NCBI GenBank assembly: GCA_951406725.2
Contig: OX597814.1
Span: 86,924,001 to 86,988,000, forward strand
Direction: 5' to 3'
DNA length: 64,000 bases
From: Octopus vulgaris
Lineage: Eukaryota
A model generated the notes under the pieces. That model worked only from the letters and a program-made list of their open reading frames with translations. It was not told where the DNA came from and did not search any database. Position 1 is the first letter of the stretch, and each line of letters opens with the position of its first letter. Both the position numbers and the translations under genes were made by a program. Below, piece after piece: positions 12,094-24,660 of this stretch.

Positions 12094-12240
12094 GATGGTC
12101 TTCTTTCAGTTTCCATCTACCAAACCCTCTCACAAGGTATTGGTTGGCCTGAGGCTATAGTAGAAGACACTTGCACAAGATGCCATACAGTGGGACTGAA
12201 CCTGGAACCATGTGGTTGGGAAGTAAGCTGCTTACCACAT
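11848..12240 (-). mobile_element. SINE family A with internal (TA)n(CA)n microsatellite
   Basis: TTGTTTCAGTCATTTGGCTGTGGCCATGC ... GTGGGACTGAACCTGGAACCATGTGGTTGG. Confidence 0.85.
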
Positions 12241-12379
12241 ATTGTAGATTCAAACTTATCAATCTTCTGTCAACTGCTCCCAGTCTTCAACATTCACACT
12301 AAAAAGCTTTTGACAGTATCACTAAAACATTTCTCAAGTTTATATCTTGGATGATTACCATATTGCAACTCTATAAAAC

Positions 12380-13700
12380 TGCTTAGGTAACCTGTCAGCT
12401 TGCATCCTAATAAGGTACCCAGCCCAATACAGCTGATTGTGCATGAAGAGCCTTCCAGATGCTTTGCTGGCTTTTACGATACTCGGGATCTATTGCAGAA
12501 TCAAGGATCCATCTCTGGAGAGAGTACTGCTAGTGTAGATGAAATACAACCACATCCAATCATATACCCTGGATGGTGATGTTGAGTTCAACATGGTTCA
12601 CCTGGAAGCTAAGAGAACATGAGTTTTGTCTTTAGACTGATGGTAAGTCCAAAAGCAGTGCACATTCTAAAGAAGAGATCCATTATAATCATCATCAATA
12701 TAAAGGAACTTATGAACTATGGTCTGGAATGTCATGGAATTTTGTGTGTTGAAGTGTGTTACATCGAAGACATTGCCTATAGTTCTGAAGTGAAAATGTA
12801 GATGCCGATACAAGACAGTTACAAAAAAATATATAGAAAAATGAGTATTGGAGCAGGGATATTACCTTGTTTAACCCCTTTTATTGATGGAAATTGGTTC
12901 CAAGAGCAAATTGTTGAATTTATAAAAAGCTTATGTAATTTCTTAACTCTTTAACAGTTAAACCAGCCATAGCCAGCTTAAAATGTATGAGATAATGCAT
13001 GATCAATTGAAAACAATGTGAATGAAACCACATTGACTTCCTGGAATAGTAGAGAGACATATTCAGTTAGCTGATTAAGTAAAGCTGCAAAATCCTTACC
13101 AACTGCTTCATGCGTGCTTATTCCTCTAATTTCTACTCATGGATTTGAAATCCTTTCCTTTGCTCAATGAAATTAAAATAGAATCAACCCAGTCTTGGGG
13201 GACTGGAGTGCTCGACCAGATGTATTAGATGGTGGATCTCTACAGCAAACCTTCACCCTCATGGAGGATTTCAGGGGGAATCCTGGTGCCTTTCCAGTAT
13301 TTCTTTGATCATTATTTTTATCTCATCCATCTTGGGATAATTCATCATGTCAAGGACAATATCCTATTTTCATCTTTAAGTGAGGGATTATATAATCTGT
13401 GAAGTGTTTAGTCCAACATTTCATGAGACCCTCATGATCTTTAAAGAGAAAGGAACCATCCTTAGACTTCTCTATTGCCTCCCAGGTCTTGTGATCACAT
13501 CTAATATGGGTGTTGAAATCATCAAGAAGGAAGTTCTTATCTATTTTTGGAATCAAAATTATAATTGGTCTAAGATTTTGATAGAAAACTATGATAAATA
13601 CACTGCTGCTTGTCAAGAGCGGGAACACAAAAAGGAATGAAGGACAGTCATAAAATGATAGCATGGTAAAGGAGCTCAAATGTGCATGATTCTGTCACTG
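12380..13700 (-). mobile_element. Old RTE (BovB-like) LINE fragments
   Basis: Minus-strand peptides DDFNTHIRCDHKTW (APE endonuclease), KDGSFLFKDHEGLMKCWTKHF (linker), CTAFGLTISLKTK and STLSRDGSLDSAI (RT C-terminus); heavily disrupted. Confidence 0.65.
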
Positions 13701-13889
13701 AAACCATGAGGTTCTAGTTTGTGGGTTAACTCTGTATGAATGGCAAAACCCACTTATTGTTTTTTACTCTTTGGTTTACCCTCCTAGGATGGTTTTCTAG
13801 TGATTTTACGATTCTAATATTTGTGGTGGACAGATGTAAAGTCGAGTAAAATGACTTAACTTGACTTTTATTTTTCCATATATATATAT

Positions 13890-14165
13890 ATATGAGTTCA
13901 ATTCCTGGCAACATGTCATGTCCTTGAGCAAGACAACTTTATTTTACATTGCTGCAGTCCACTCAGCTGCAAAAATGAATAGTACTTGTATTTCAAAGGA
14001 CCAACCTTGTCACACTGTGTCATGCTAAATCTCTCTGAGAACTATGCTAAAAGGGTACCTGTGTCTGTGGAGTGCTCCGCTACTAGCACATTCATTTCAC
14101 GAGCTGACTGTTTCATTTATCAGATCAACTGGAAACATTATCATCGTAGCCAATGGAGTACCAGT
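13890..14165 (+). mobile_element. SINE family C
   Basis: B-box-like GAGTTCAATTCC followed by TGTCCTTGAGCAAGACA...CAGTCCACTCAGCTG. Confidence 0.7.
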
Positions 14166-14258
14166 TAGTTACAAGCTATCATATTATGTCAGGTTGCTCT
14201 GAAGTGCTACTGCTAACATATAACCCAGTACAACCTGTTACATGGTCAGACCACCAGC
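14094..14258 (+). repeat. 165-bp direct repeat, copy 1
   Basis: Identical by eye to 16727-16891. Confidence 0.9.
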
Positions 14259-14789
14259 GACTAAACTGGTAACCCCACCAAGCTTACTTGGAGGGTGATT
14301 TTGGACACCTGCAGGAATTAAAACAAGACCCCCATCAAAGGGTGGAAGAATTCATGTGAGTTAATGGCCACTCCAATGTACATACATGCTTGTGATATAT
14401 GCACACACAGGGTTGACTGGGCTCCTTAGTATCATTAAGACAGCTAATCTAAGAGATTGTGCCATACTACCTGGCACTTGTAGTACAAGAGAGGTCAATA
14501 AAATATGCAGCCTCCATAATCATCCAGTCATTTTACTCTAGCTTGCCACTGGATATCAGATTTTGGGGGAAGAGACAGTGTTATACATGTACAAATTTGT
14601 AGTATTGCTATCAAAATGTATCCTTTTCAAATCCCATGGCAATTAAGTAGTGGAAACACGTGCAGGCTTAATAAGCTGGGAGCATATAGTCACAAATCTG
14701 TACAAAGGCAGTTCAAGGCCCATCTAACATCACTGCATTGTTAACAAAACAGCAGCATGCTTCAGTGAGGTCACAAGCATCTTGCTGTT

Positions 14790-14942
14790 TTGTTGACCAG
14801 CTTGATTGTAGAAAATTTGTTTGGGTCACCTTTTCTAGACCTTTCCCAGATTTCTGTACAATAGCACTGCTCCCCAAGAAATCTGGGAAAGGTCTAGAAA
14901 AGGTGACCCAAACAAATGTTCTACCATCAAGCTGATCAGCAA
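14790..14942. repeat. Inverted repeat, 66-bp arms with a 21-bp loop
   Basis: 14790-14855 vs 14877-14942, 4 mismatches; smaller hairpin at ~14744-14792. Confidence 0.9.
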
Positions 14943-15096
14943 CCTGCATCAATAAGAAAAGAGGCAAAATCTTTGTAGAAATGGCAAGTCTTCTTTCTCT
15001 TTGGATTGTTAGGTTGAATCGTCAGCATGCTACTATTAGTCAAGAACTTGTAGCGAGGCACAAAGAAGCCAGTGCAATTTTGAAACCATTATTATA

Positions 15097-15312
15097 ATGG
15101 TTTCAAATTTTGGCACAAGAGCAGCAATTTTGGGGGAGGGTTAAGTCAATTACATCAACCCCAGTACTCAACTGGTACTTATCTTATTGACCCTGAAAAG
15201 ATGAAAGGCAAAGTTGACCTTGGCAGAATTTAAACTCAGGACATAAAGATAGACAAAATGCCACTAAGCATTTTGCCCAGAGTGCTAATGATTCTGCCAG
15301 CTTGCTGCCTTA
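15097..15312 (-). mobile_element. tRNA-derived SINE family B (Deu/Nin-like core)
   Basis: The reverse complement contains GGTCAACTTTGCCTTTCATCTTTTCAGGGTCAATAAG...AAGTACCAG; family recurs at ~28715, ~39560-40220 and ~44733. Confidence 0.75.
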
Positions 15313-15639
15313 ATACAAGTCCTAATAATATATAATTATAAAAATACAACAGGATTTTTCAAACATTGAATAGCTATGGGGATTTAACACAAGTAAAATA
15401 GAATCAAAGGGGTCCATGGATAAAAACTTGTTGAGAACCCTGCTCTAGAATATTTGTTAACTTCCCTGCTTGACTAGTGCTACTACTGCCTGAGAAACTG
15501 TGATGATCCAGTATGCCAGTGATTATCAGCTTGAGAAAATGGTGCACATGGATTGCCATTTGAAATGGAATTTGAAAATAATTACTCAGCCTGACTCTAT
15601 CCACATTTTTGTTTTATTTTATTTTTTAAAAATTTTGTT

Positions 15640-16200
15640 TCAAGAGAATTCTGAAGGAAGAAAACAGAGGAATAAATGAGGATTGGAAACTGCAATTTTA
15701 TTTTTTGTTTGCAAAAGATAAGATGATTTACCTGCTTTGTGATACTGTAATATCAACATTAAAGAAACTCGATGCCCTATCAGCATTATGCCACTCATAT
15801 GAACCATAGATATTTCAGATTAGTGGGAGGGGTGCAAAAGGTTGCATTGCAGAAATTGAAAGATGAAAAACAAACGCAAAGACAGTTATTTCAAGCAGTG
15901 GTAAGACCTGGAAATGATGCCACTGAAGCAACTTATAAAGTAGCTTATATACTAAGGAAAAAAAGGGAAGCCATTCAGTGATGTGGAAATCATAAAAGCA
16001 GGCATTGTAGAAGTTGTAGGATGCTTAGACCCTGATAAGCTTTCAAAATACAAACAATTGCCTCTTTCAAGGGGAACCATAACTGATCGGCGGCATGAAT
16101 TATCCCTCAGCATAACAGAACAACTTCACACAGTACTTCAAAGGAAAATACATATTATTGAATCACTTTGGATGAAGCAACTGATACGGGTTAAACAATT
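15640..16200 (+). pseudogene. hAT transposase remnant (GTF2IRD2/Buster-Charlie-like N-terminal part)
   Basis: Frameshifted peptides EDWKLQFYF, ATEATYKVAYILRKKREA, EIIKAGIVEVVGCLDPDKLSKYKQLPLSRGTITDR and ITLDEATD (LDESTD-like motif). Confidence 0.8.
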
Positions 16201-16726
16201 TTTTTCATTTTTTGAAGCTAATTAGTACATAGTAGTGAGATTTTTACAAAATAATGTAGATTTTGAAGAATATCTAATTGAAGTTTCTGGAATGCTGCCT
16301 TATTAGATTACAATTAACTTAATATGGCCTTCCAATGTGAAAAGCCTCCCCACTTCTGGAATATGAAGACTGTTCTTGGCATGCATGGTTAAATAAAATC
16401 TTAGGTTATTAATATATATTCTGCAAGGTGTTTGAAGCTCATTGTACTTTGGGGATATCCTGATGCCTGGTCAGAGTTCTTTTGTGACCTACGTCCTGCA
16501 CTTTCTCTATGCTAGAACCCACTCCTGGTTCTTTGCACTGTCAAATTCTAATGGTGAATGTTTGTGGGGTGAAGGCATTGTAATGAACTTTAAACTTCAG
16601 CCTTCAAACTTTAGATATCATGACAGCAACACATCTGTGTGTGTATGTTTTTATGTAGTTTTTACTGACGTTGTCTTGATAAGTTGTTTGTTGCCTGTCA
16701 TTCATTAATTTTATGTATGTTCATTA

Positions 16727-16891
16727 ATTTCACGAGCTGACTGTTTCATTTATCAGATCAACTGGAAACATTATCATCGTAGCCAATGGAGTACCAGTTA
16801 GTTACAAGCTATCATATTATGTCAGGTTGCTCTGAAGTGCTACTGCTAACATATAACCCAGTACAACCTGTTACATGGTCAGACCACCAGC
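16727..16891 (+). repeat. 165-bp direct repeat, copy 2
   Basis: Identical by eye to 14094-14258; preceded by a duplicated TTCATTAATTT. Confidence 0.9.
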
Positions 16892-17234
16892 AAAGATATA
16901 ATAGCCTTGGTTTGCTTCATCATAAATACATTCACACACCCACATACTTGTATGTGTATATGTACAAGAGGTTAGTAGTAATATTGTATTATAGGTTGTG
17001 TTAAATTACTATTGTGATGTGTCAGTAGATTTTTTTTTTTTATGTATTATCTTTGTATTATTTATTTATTTGGGCTGTTGAGGTGGTGAAATTATTTATA
17101 TCTAGGTCATGTTGTCAGTGGAGTTGTTAGATTTGTGTGAATTTATATCTTTGCTTTTATGTCTGGTTTTTTTTTTTCATGCTAGATATTCGTTAGATCA
17201 TCATTGTCGTTGTCTTAGCCGCCGCCGCCACCGT

Positions 17235-20130
17235 CGCCATCGTCGTCATCGTCGTTTAACGTCCGTTTTCCATGCTAGCACGGGTTGGACGGTTCGACCT
17301 GGGTCTGAGAAGCCAGGAGGCTGCATCAGGCTCCTGTCTGATCTGGCAGTGTTTCTACAGCTGGATGCCCTTCCTAACACCAACCACTCCGTGAGTGTAG
17401 TGGGTGCTTTTTACGTGCCACCGGCACAGGCGCCAGGGGAGGCTGGCAACAGCCATGATCAGTTGGTGCTTTTTACGTGCCACCAGCACAGGTATCACAG
17501 CTACAATTTCCATTTGATTTTTTGATGTTGATGTACTTGACTCAATAGGTCTCCTCAAGCACAGCAGGTCGCCCTACAATCCAAAGTAAGCACAGCAGGC
17601 CGTCCTGCGATCCAAGGTACTTTGGATGAGCTGGGGCTTCTATGTGAAGCTGGTGCAGGAAACAGCCATGAACTCACATTATTTGTTGGGTTTTTGCAGT
17701 CAGAGCATATCTCCAGCAGTATCAGTCTTTCGTCATTGCCTCTGTGAGGCCCAACGTTTCAAGGTCATGCTTGACCACCTCATCCCATGTCTTCCTGGGT
17801 CTACCTCTACCCCGGATTCCTTCAACTGTTTGGAAGTGGCACTTCTTCACACATCTCTCCTCATCCATCCGTAGTACATGACCATATCAGCGCAAACGTC
17901 TCTCTTGCATGCCACCTCCAATGCTTCTTATGTCCAGCATTTCTCTCAGGGCGCTTACACTCTGTTGAATGTGCACACTGACATTACACATCCAGTGGAT
18001 CATGCTAGCTTCATTTCTTTCAAGCCTATGCATGTCCTCTGCAGTCACAGCCCATGTTTCACATGGCAGTTCGCACACATGCATCGTACAATCTACCTTT
18101 CACTCTGAGCGAGAGACCCTTTGTCATCAGTAGGGGTAGAAGCTTTCTAAACTTTGCCCAGGCTATTCGTATTCTAGTAGTGACACTCTCTGAGCATCTA
18201 CCTCCACTACTAACTTGGTCACCTAGGTAGCGGAAACTATCAACTACTTCTAGTTTCTCCCCCTGGAGTGTGATGTAATCTGTTTTATGAGTATCTCTGG
18301 TGTCTATTGCACCTGTGCATCTGCCACACACGAAAGCTATCTTCTCGGTTAACTTTCCTTTGATGTTGCTGCACCTCTTATGCGTCCATAGCTTACACTG
18401 GGTACATTTTATGGAGTTTCTACCTACACTTTTTCTACAGATTGAGCAGGCCCACCTACATGAGTGGGTGTGTGATGAGTTTGCCTTCCTACTTACTATA
18501 ACTTTGGTCTTTGCTACATTTACTCTAAGGCCTTTTGATTCTAAACCTAGCTTCCACACCTGAAATTTCTTTTCTAGTTCGGGTAGTGATTCTGCTATGA
18601 GGGCCAGGTCATCAGCATAGAGGATTTCCCAGGGGCAACCCATCTTGAATTCCTCTGTTATTGCCTGGAGGACTGTGATGAATAAGAGGGGACTGAGGGC
18701 TGAACCATGGTGGACCCCTTCTTCTACCTGGAATTCTTCACTATACTCATTACCAATCCTAACCTTGCTAATGGCCTCTCTGTATAGGGCCTGTACAGCC
18801 TTTATTAACCATTTGTCAATCTCCGGTTTCTGCATTGCCCACCAGATAAGGGATCGGGGGACTCTGTCAAAGGTTTTCTCCAAGTCCACGAAAGCAAAGT
18901 AGAGGGGTTTATCTCTAGCTAAGTATTTTTACTGCAGTTGTTGAACCAGGAATATGGCATTAGTGGTGCTTCTACCTGGCACAAAACCAAACGGCATCTA
19001 AGCAGACTCTCTCCCTAATGTGATGGGCTATGACCCTCTCTGTGACCTTCATCACCTGATCCAACAGTTTAATACCCTTATAGTTATTTCTATCTAGATC
19101 GTCACCTTTACCCTTGTAGCAATTGACTATGGTGCTGCTATGCCAGTCATTGGGAATGACTCCATTATGAACTACCTGGTTTACAATGTGGGTGACTAGG
19201 CCATAGCCCACACCACCAGATATTTTAAGTATCTCAGCAGTGATTCCTGATGGGCTGGGAGCTTTTCCTGGCTTCATACTCTTAATTGCTTTATCTACTA
19301 GGGAGCTGTCTATTCGGATAGCTGGTCCCTCTACTGCGTCAACATTTGGCAGGTTGTCCTCCTCCCATTCATTCTCCACATTCAGCAGTCTCTCATAATG
19401 GCTTCTCCAAGTCTCTTTCTTTTCAGAAACATTAAAAGCAAGAGCATCATCATCCATGTGGACACATTTCTCTCCTGTGACATCACAATTTTCTCTCACT
19501 CACTGTCTACCAATCCGAAATACCGCAGTTCTTTGGTCCTCATGTTGCTGGACATTGGCAAACTTCTTCTTTTCTGCTTCGCCCTTGGCTATGTATACCT
19601 GCCGCCCAGCCTCCCTTTTGGCTACCTGGTACAGTTCCCTGCTACCCCCATCTCTCCAGGCTTTCCAGGCCTGTTTCTTTGCTCTAATGGCTTTGTCTAC
19701 TGCATTATTCCACCAGCATGTAACTCTAAGTCTGGAAGGGACTTTGCACTATCTGCAGATTTGGTCTGGGGCACTAAGCAAGCTGTCCCGTAGGTATTTC
19801 CAGCAACCTTCTATGTCTGATGTCTGTAGCTCCTCCTCCTCCTTCTCATCAAATTTCTCAATGAGGATGTCCCTAAATCTCTGACCATGTGAATGTTTCT
19901 TTAGCTTCCAAATCCTTCTTTTCTGGATTGGTCTGCTTCTGGCCTTGAGCCTAAAGTCACTAATGACTAGCCTATGCTTGGGGGTACATTCTTCACCCGG
20001 GAGGGTCTTTGTATTTAAGAGCAGCCCTGCATCCTGCTGTCTGTTGAGGATGAAATCAATCTGGCTAGCAGAGTCCCCTGATTGATAGGTTATAAGGTGG
20101 CTGTCTGGCTTCCTGAAGTTAGTGTTGCAG
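17235..20130 (-). mobile_element. RTE-clade LINE, 5'-truncated, frameshifted APE-RT ORF with a PHD finger insert
   Basis: APE C-terminus (SQIDFIL...KHRLVISDF), KAPSPSGI, DLEKTFDRVPR, GVHHGSALSPLLF, LYADDLAL, C4HC3 finger, FRYLG, RLRWY; 3' UTR with GAT/GAC trinucleotide tail. Confidence 0.95.
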
Positions 20131-21012
20131 GTATTGCCCTGCAGCCAAATATCCTTCCTGTCAGTAATTTTTACCTGTTTTGTACATAAAGGATCTTTTA
20201 TTCCACACACCTTCAAAGGTGAAAAACCAACTGATAATTTGGTGATTGGAAATAACTCAGTATTTATCTTTCTTCAGAGAAGCACAAATATAAAGAAAAA
20301 GCACATCTATCTTTTAGTTTTCTTCTACAAATTTACTCAGAAAGCTTTGATTAGTCTGGAGCTTTAGTAGAAGATGCTAGCACAAAGTGCTGTGCAGTGG
20401 AGCTCTATCTGAAACTTCATGGATGGGGAATGAACTTCTTAAATATACAGCCATAGCAATGTATGAAGATAAGTGTGGATAAGTATTTGTCATGAGGCAT
20501 ACAAAGGCTGCTAGTAGTAGTGCTATGATGCATGAGTTGATAGAATGAAAAGCCAATGACAAAACTTAAAGTGCATGACAGTGCAAGGAAGTAATGACAA
20601 CAATAAAACTACATATTGCTTTTATTTCTGCTTTTTTTTGTCTATGCTGGCATTGGCTGGATAAGATTATTGAGACAATATTCTATAACTAATTATTACT
20701 TTTCTAATTATTACTACCACTAATTATTACTTTTCAAGTTTTATAATTTATCTTCATTCTACCTTATTTGCCCATCTGTGTCTGTCTCCCTACTTAACAT
20801 CTGCTCATCTTTCTACTCCACTTTTAATCGTACTATGCTTATCTATATATGTTTCCTACATTTGTGTATGTTACCATCTGTTTCTAAGTATATCTATCTG
20901 TTTTCTGTTCATTTCTATACCCTCTTCTGGAGCCTATATATTCTTACCTCTCTTTCATTAATGCTTTCAAGAATAAACACAGTAAATTGATTCATATATT
21001 GCAATATATTGT

Positions 21013-21330
21013 GAAGGCACATGGCTCAGTGGTTAGAGCATTGGGCTCCCAATCATGAGGTAGTGAGTTTGATTCCCAAATGAAGTTGTGTATTGTGTTC
21101 TTGAGCAAGACATTTTATTTCAGATTGCGCCAGTTCACTCAGCTGTAGAAATGAGTTGCGATGTCACTGGTGCCAAGCTGTACCAGCTTTTGCTTTTCCT
21201 TTGGATAACAGGGGAGGTTGGTATGCATGGGTGACTGCTGGTCTTCTATAAACAACCTTGCCCAAACTTGTGCCTCAGAGTGTAACTTTTTAGGTGCAAT
21301 CCTATGGTCATTTATGGCTGAAGAAGATCT
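21013..21330 (+). mobile_element. SINE family C with tRNA head
   Basis: A-box TGGCTCAGTGG, B-box-like GAGTTTGATTCC, then TGTGTTCTTGAGCAAGACA...CACTCAGCTG. Confidence 0.75.
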
Positions 21331-21502
21331 TTATATTACAATATATATAACATGCAAACAATACATGCATCCTTGGTTCTGATTTAAGAAAGAGGCAGAG
21401 AATCTATTATTGATAGAGATGGGGAAGGCTATTTTCCCATTTACACCAGAGATCTTATCTGTTATGCAATTTTTTGTTGGATAGACATGCTACCCCACCA
21501 CA

Positions 21503-21549
21503 TGTGTATGTGTGTGTATGTATATCTATCTATCTATCTATCTATCTAA

Positions 21550-21597
<48 letters not shown>

Positions 21598-21617
21598 TTC
21601 TCTCTCCCTATATATAT
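21503..21617. repeat. Compound microsatellite (TG)/(TATC)/(TC)n
   Basis: Direct observation. Confidence 0.9.
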
Positions 21618-22414
21618 GAAGCTTAGCTGTCATTCATAAACTGAGTTAGGCTGGGAGTTTTACCATGCTTTTGCTAATTGTTTTAGGTGCCTGTGTAAGT
21701 ACTAGCAGATGTAGACATCTCGACCTCCTTCCCTAACTTTGACCTAGCAGAACATAAAGGTTGTGATAACTAGAATGAAAAAAGGCTGCACTAGGTAGTT
21801 ACTTATTATATTGGTCTCTTCTGGTGAACAGCTAAGTTATGAGATACATTAAGAAAGAAACACTGGCTGTCAGGTAATGACAGACAAAAAGATGTACATG
21901 TACATTTATTTATCTATATCTATATAACCATAATCGTTTCTACTTTTCTATGCTTTCATGGGTCAGACAAGACTTCATTAAGGCTGCTCAGGTGTTTCTG
22001 AACAAGGTAATTTTTCATCTAGTATATCAAACAATGAATAGCATGGGCATGCTTTTGCAGAGAATTCCAAACAAATCACACCATCTTTATGAATGGTAAC
22101 TCTTTGTTTACAAATGGTATGCAGATGTCAAGACAAGGGTAATATGTGCTCAGTTATGCAGACAGACATTAGTAAGGACCACCTTGAAAGAATGGTATTC
22201 AACAAAATACTAACAGTTTCATAGATGTTCAAAGAGAAAATGGTTGTGAACAAGATGATATGGCAAATGGAAAAGGTAATCAAAAGGTTTGAAATCATTC
22301 TCTTGAAATAAAAACATCTCTACTCCTACCACATAATGACTCAAAACGTTGTGCAAATTCCTCAAAATACACTATTAATTATATAATTATATTTTTATAA
22401 TTATATACTTAAAA

Positions 22415-24170
22415 ATTAGGGAGAAAGCCTGCTTAGATGAGATTCAGTTCAGCTTTGTGCCAGGTAGAAGCACCACTGATGTTATATTGTTGGTACGGCA
22501 ACTGCAGGAGAAATACCTAGTCAAAGATAAACCCCTATACTTGGATTTTGTTGACTTGGAGAAAGCCTTTGACATGGTCTCCTGATCCCTTATATAGTAG
22601 GCGATGTGGAAACTGGGGATTGACAAGTGGTTAATGAGAGCTGTACAGGGACGCCGTTAGTACGGTAAAGGTCGGCAATGAATATAGTGAAGAGTTCTGG
22701 GTAGAAGTAGGGGGTCATCAAGGATCAGCCCTCAGCCCCCTCTTATTCATCATAGTCCTCCAGGCAATAACAGAGAAATTCAAGACAGGTTACCCCTGGG
22801 AGCTCCTTTATGCTGATGACCTTGCTCTCATAGTGGAATCATTACTAGAACTAGAGAAGAAATATCAGGTGTGGAAGCAAGGTTTAAAATCAAAAGGCCT
22901 TAGAGTCAAAGTTGTAAAAACCAAAGTCCTAGTAAGTAGGAAGGCAAACACATCACAAACCCCTTTAGGTAGATGGTCCTGCTTGATCTGTAGAAAAGGT
23001 GTTGGTAGAAACTCCATAAGATGTACCTAGTGTAAGCTATAGACACATAAGAGGTGCAGCAACATCAAAGGAAAGTTAACCGGGAAGATAGCTTTTGTGT
23101 GTGGCAGATGCACAGGGGCAATAAACACTGCAGGTGCTCAGAAAACAGATTCCATCACATGCCAGGAGGAAAACTAGAAGTAGTTGATAGCTTCTGCTAC
23201 CTAGCTGACCAAGTCTGTAGTGGGGATGGATGCTCGGAGAGCATTGTCACTAGAATAATAATAGCCTGAGAAAAGTTCAGAAAGCGTCTGCCTCTACTGG
23301 GGCAAAGGGCCTCTTGCTCAGAGTGAAAGGCAGATTGCATGATGCATGTGTGCAAACTGTCATGCTATAAGGCAGTGAAACATGGGTCGTGACTACTGAA
23401 GACATGCATAGGCTTGAAAGAAATGAAGCTAGTATGATCCGCTGCATGTGTAATGTCAGTGTACACACACAACAGAGTGTAAGTGCACTGAGAGAAATGC
23501 TGGACATAAGAAGCATCAGATGTGGTATGCAAGAGAAATGACTGCGTTATGGATGAAGAGAAGTGTGAAGTGTCACACCCTAACAGTGGAAGGAACTCGT
23601 GGAAGAGGGAGACCTAGGAAGACATGGGATGAGGTGGTGAAGCATGACCTTCGAATGTTGGGCCTCACAGAGGCAATGACAAAAGACCGAGACCTTTGGA
23701 GATATGCTGTGATTTTGAAGACCCAGCAAGTAAAGTGAGATCGCAGCCCTGGCCTACACCAATGTCGCATAACCAGCCCATTTAAAAAGTACCTTTGAAT
23801 AATCAGATGACATGCCATGCATCAGGAAACCTACTGAGTCAATTAAAATCAAAATCAGTGCCGCCTGACTGGCTCCCATGCTGGTGGCATGTAATAAGCA
23901 CTGTTCATGCGTGGGTTGTTGCCAGTGCCACCTCATTGGGTTATCCCATGCCGGTGGAACTTAAAAAGCACCATCCGAACATGGTCAATGCCAGCCCCCC
24001 TGCCCCAACTGGCTCCTGTACTGGTATCATGTAAAAAGCACCATCCGAATGTGGCTGATGCTGGTGCCACCTGACTGGCTCTGGGCTGGTGGCATGTAAA
24101 AAGCACCCACTGCTCTCTCAGAGTGGTTGGTATTAAGGAGGGCATCGAGCTGCAGAAACGTTGCCAGATC
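22415..24170 (+). mobile_element. RTE-PHD LINE copy (RT through 3' UTR), with stops and frameshifts
   Basis: DLEKAFD, LYADDLAL, WSCLICRKGVGRNSIRCT, GRGRPRKTWDEVVKHDL; 3' UTR subrepeats. Confidence 0.92.
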
Positions 24171-24344
24171 TCCTGCTGACTCTTTCACCACAACTTTCTC
24201 TCTTTCCTCCTGAATCTTGCAGCTCACCTGCAATGGACTGGCGTCCCATCCAGGTGGAGAACCTATATGCCAAGGAAACCGGGAAACTGGCCCTATGAGC
24301 CAGGGATGGCTCAAGAAGGAGCAAACAATCTCCTTCTGACTAGG

Positions 24345-24660
24345 ATTCTCAAACTTCAATGCACTTATTATAGCACTGCAGCCACTTCGTTAGTGAAGTG
24401 AAGGTGTCCAGAACCCTTGTCACAACCTCTCTTTTTCTCCTTTAGCTTGGGAAACAACTGAATGTTACAAGGAGCAAGGTCTAGACTGTAGGGAGGGTGA
24501 GACAGAGTTTTGATGCTCATCTCTTTCAAGTAGTTTGGTACCAGTTTGGAAATGTGGACTATTGCATTGTCCTTGTGCAGGTGCCACCGATCTACATGGA
24601 AGTGCTTTGACCTTTTGTGGCAAAATCTCTTCCAGAACTCCCCCAAAGCCTCCACAAGAT
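24345..24660 (-). mobile_element. mariner transposase C-terminal remnant
   Basis: WHLHKDNAIVH...HPPYSLDLAPCNIQLFPKLK (HDNA and YSPDLAP motifs). Confidence 0.85.

Noticed and set aside
11725-12354. 209-aa ORF
   Set aside because: Reads through a SINE and a (TA)n run; no protein features.
14713-14967. Mirror ORFs on both strands sharing a peptide
   Set aside because: Direct consequence of the DNA palindrome.
20177-20212. Possible 36-nt micro-exon on the minus strand
   Set aside because: Splice-like sites of this quality arise by chance; no linked exons or homology recognised.
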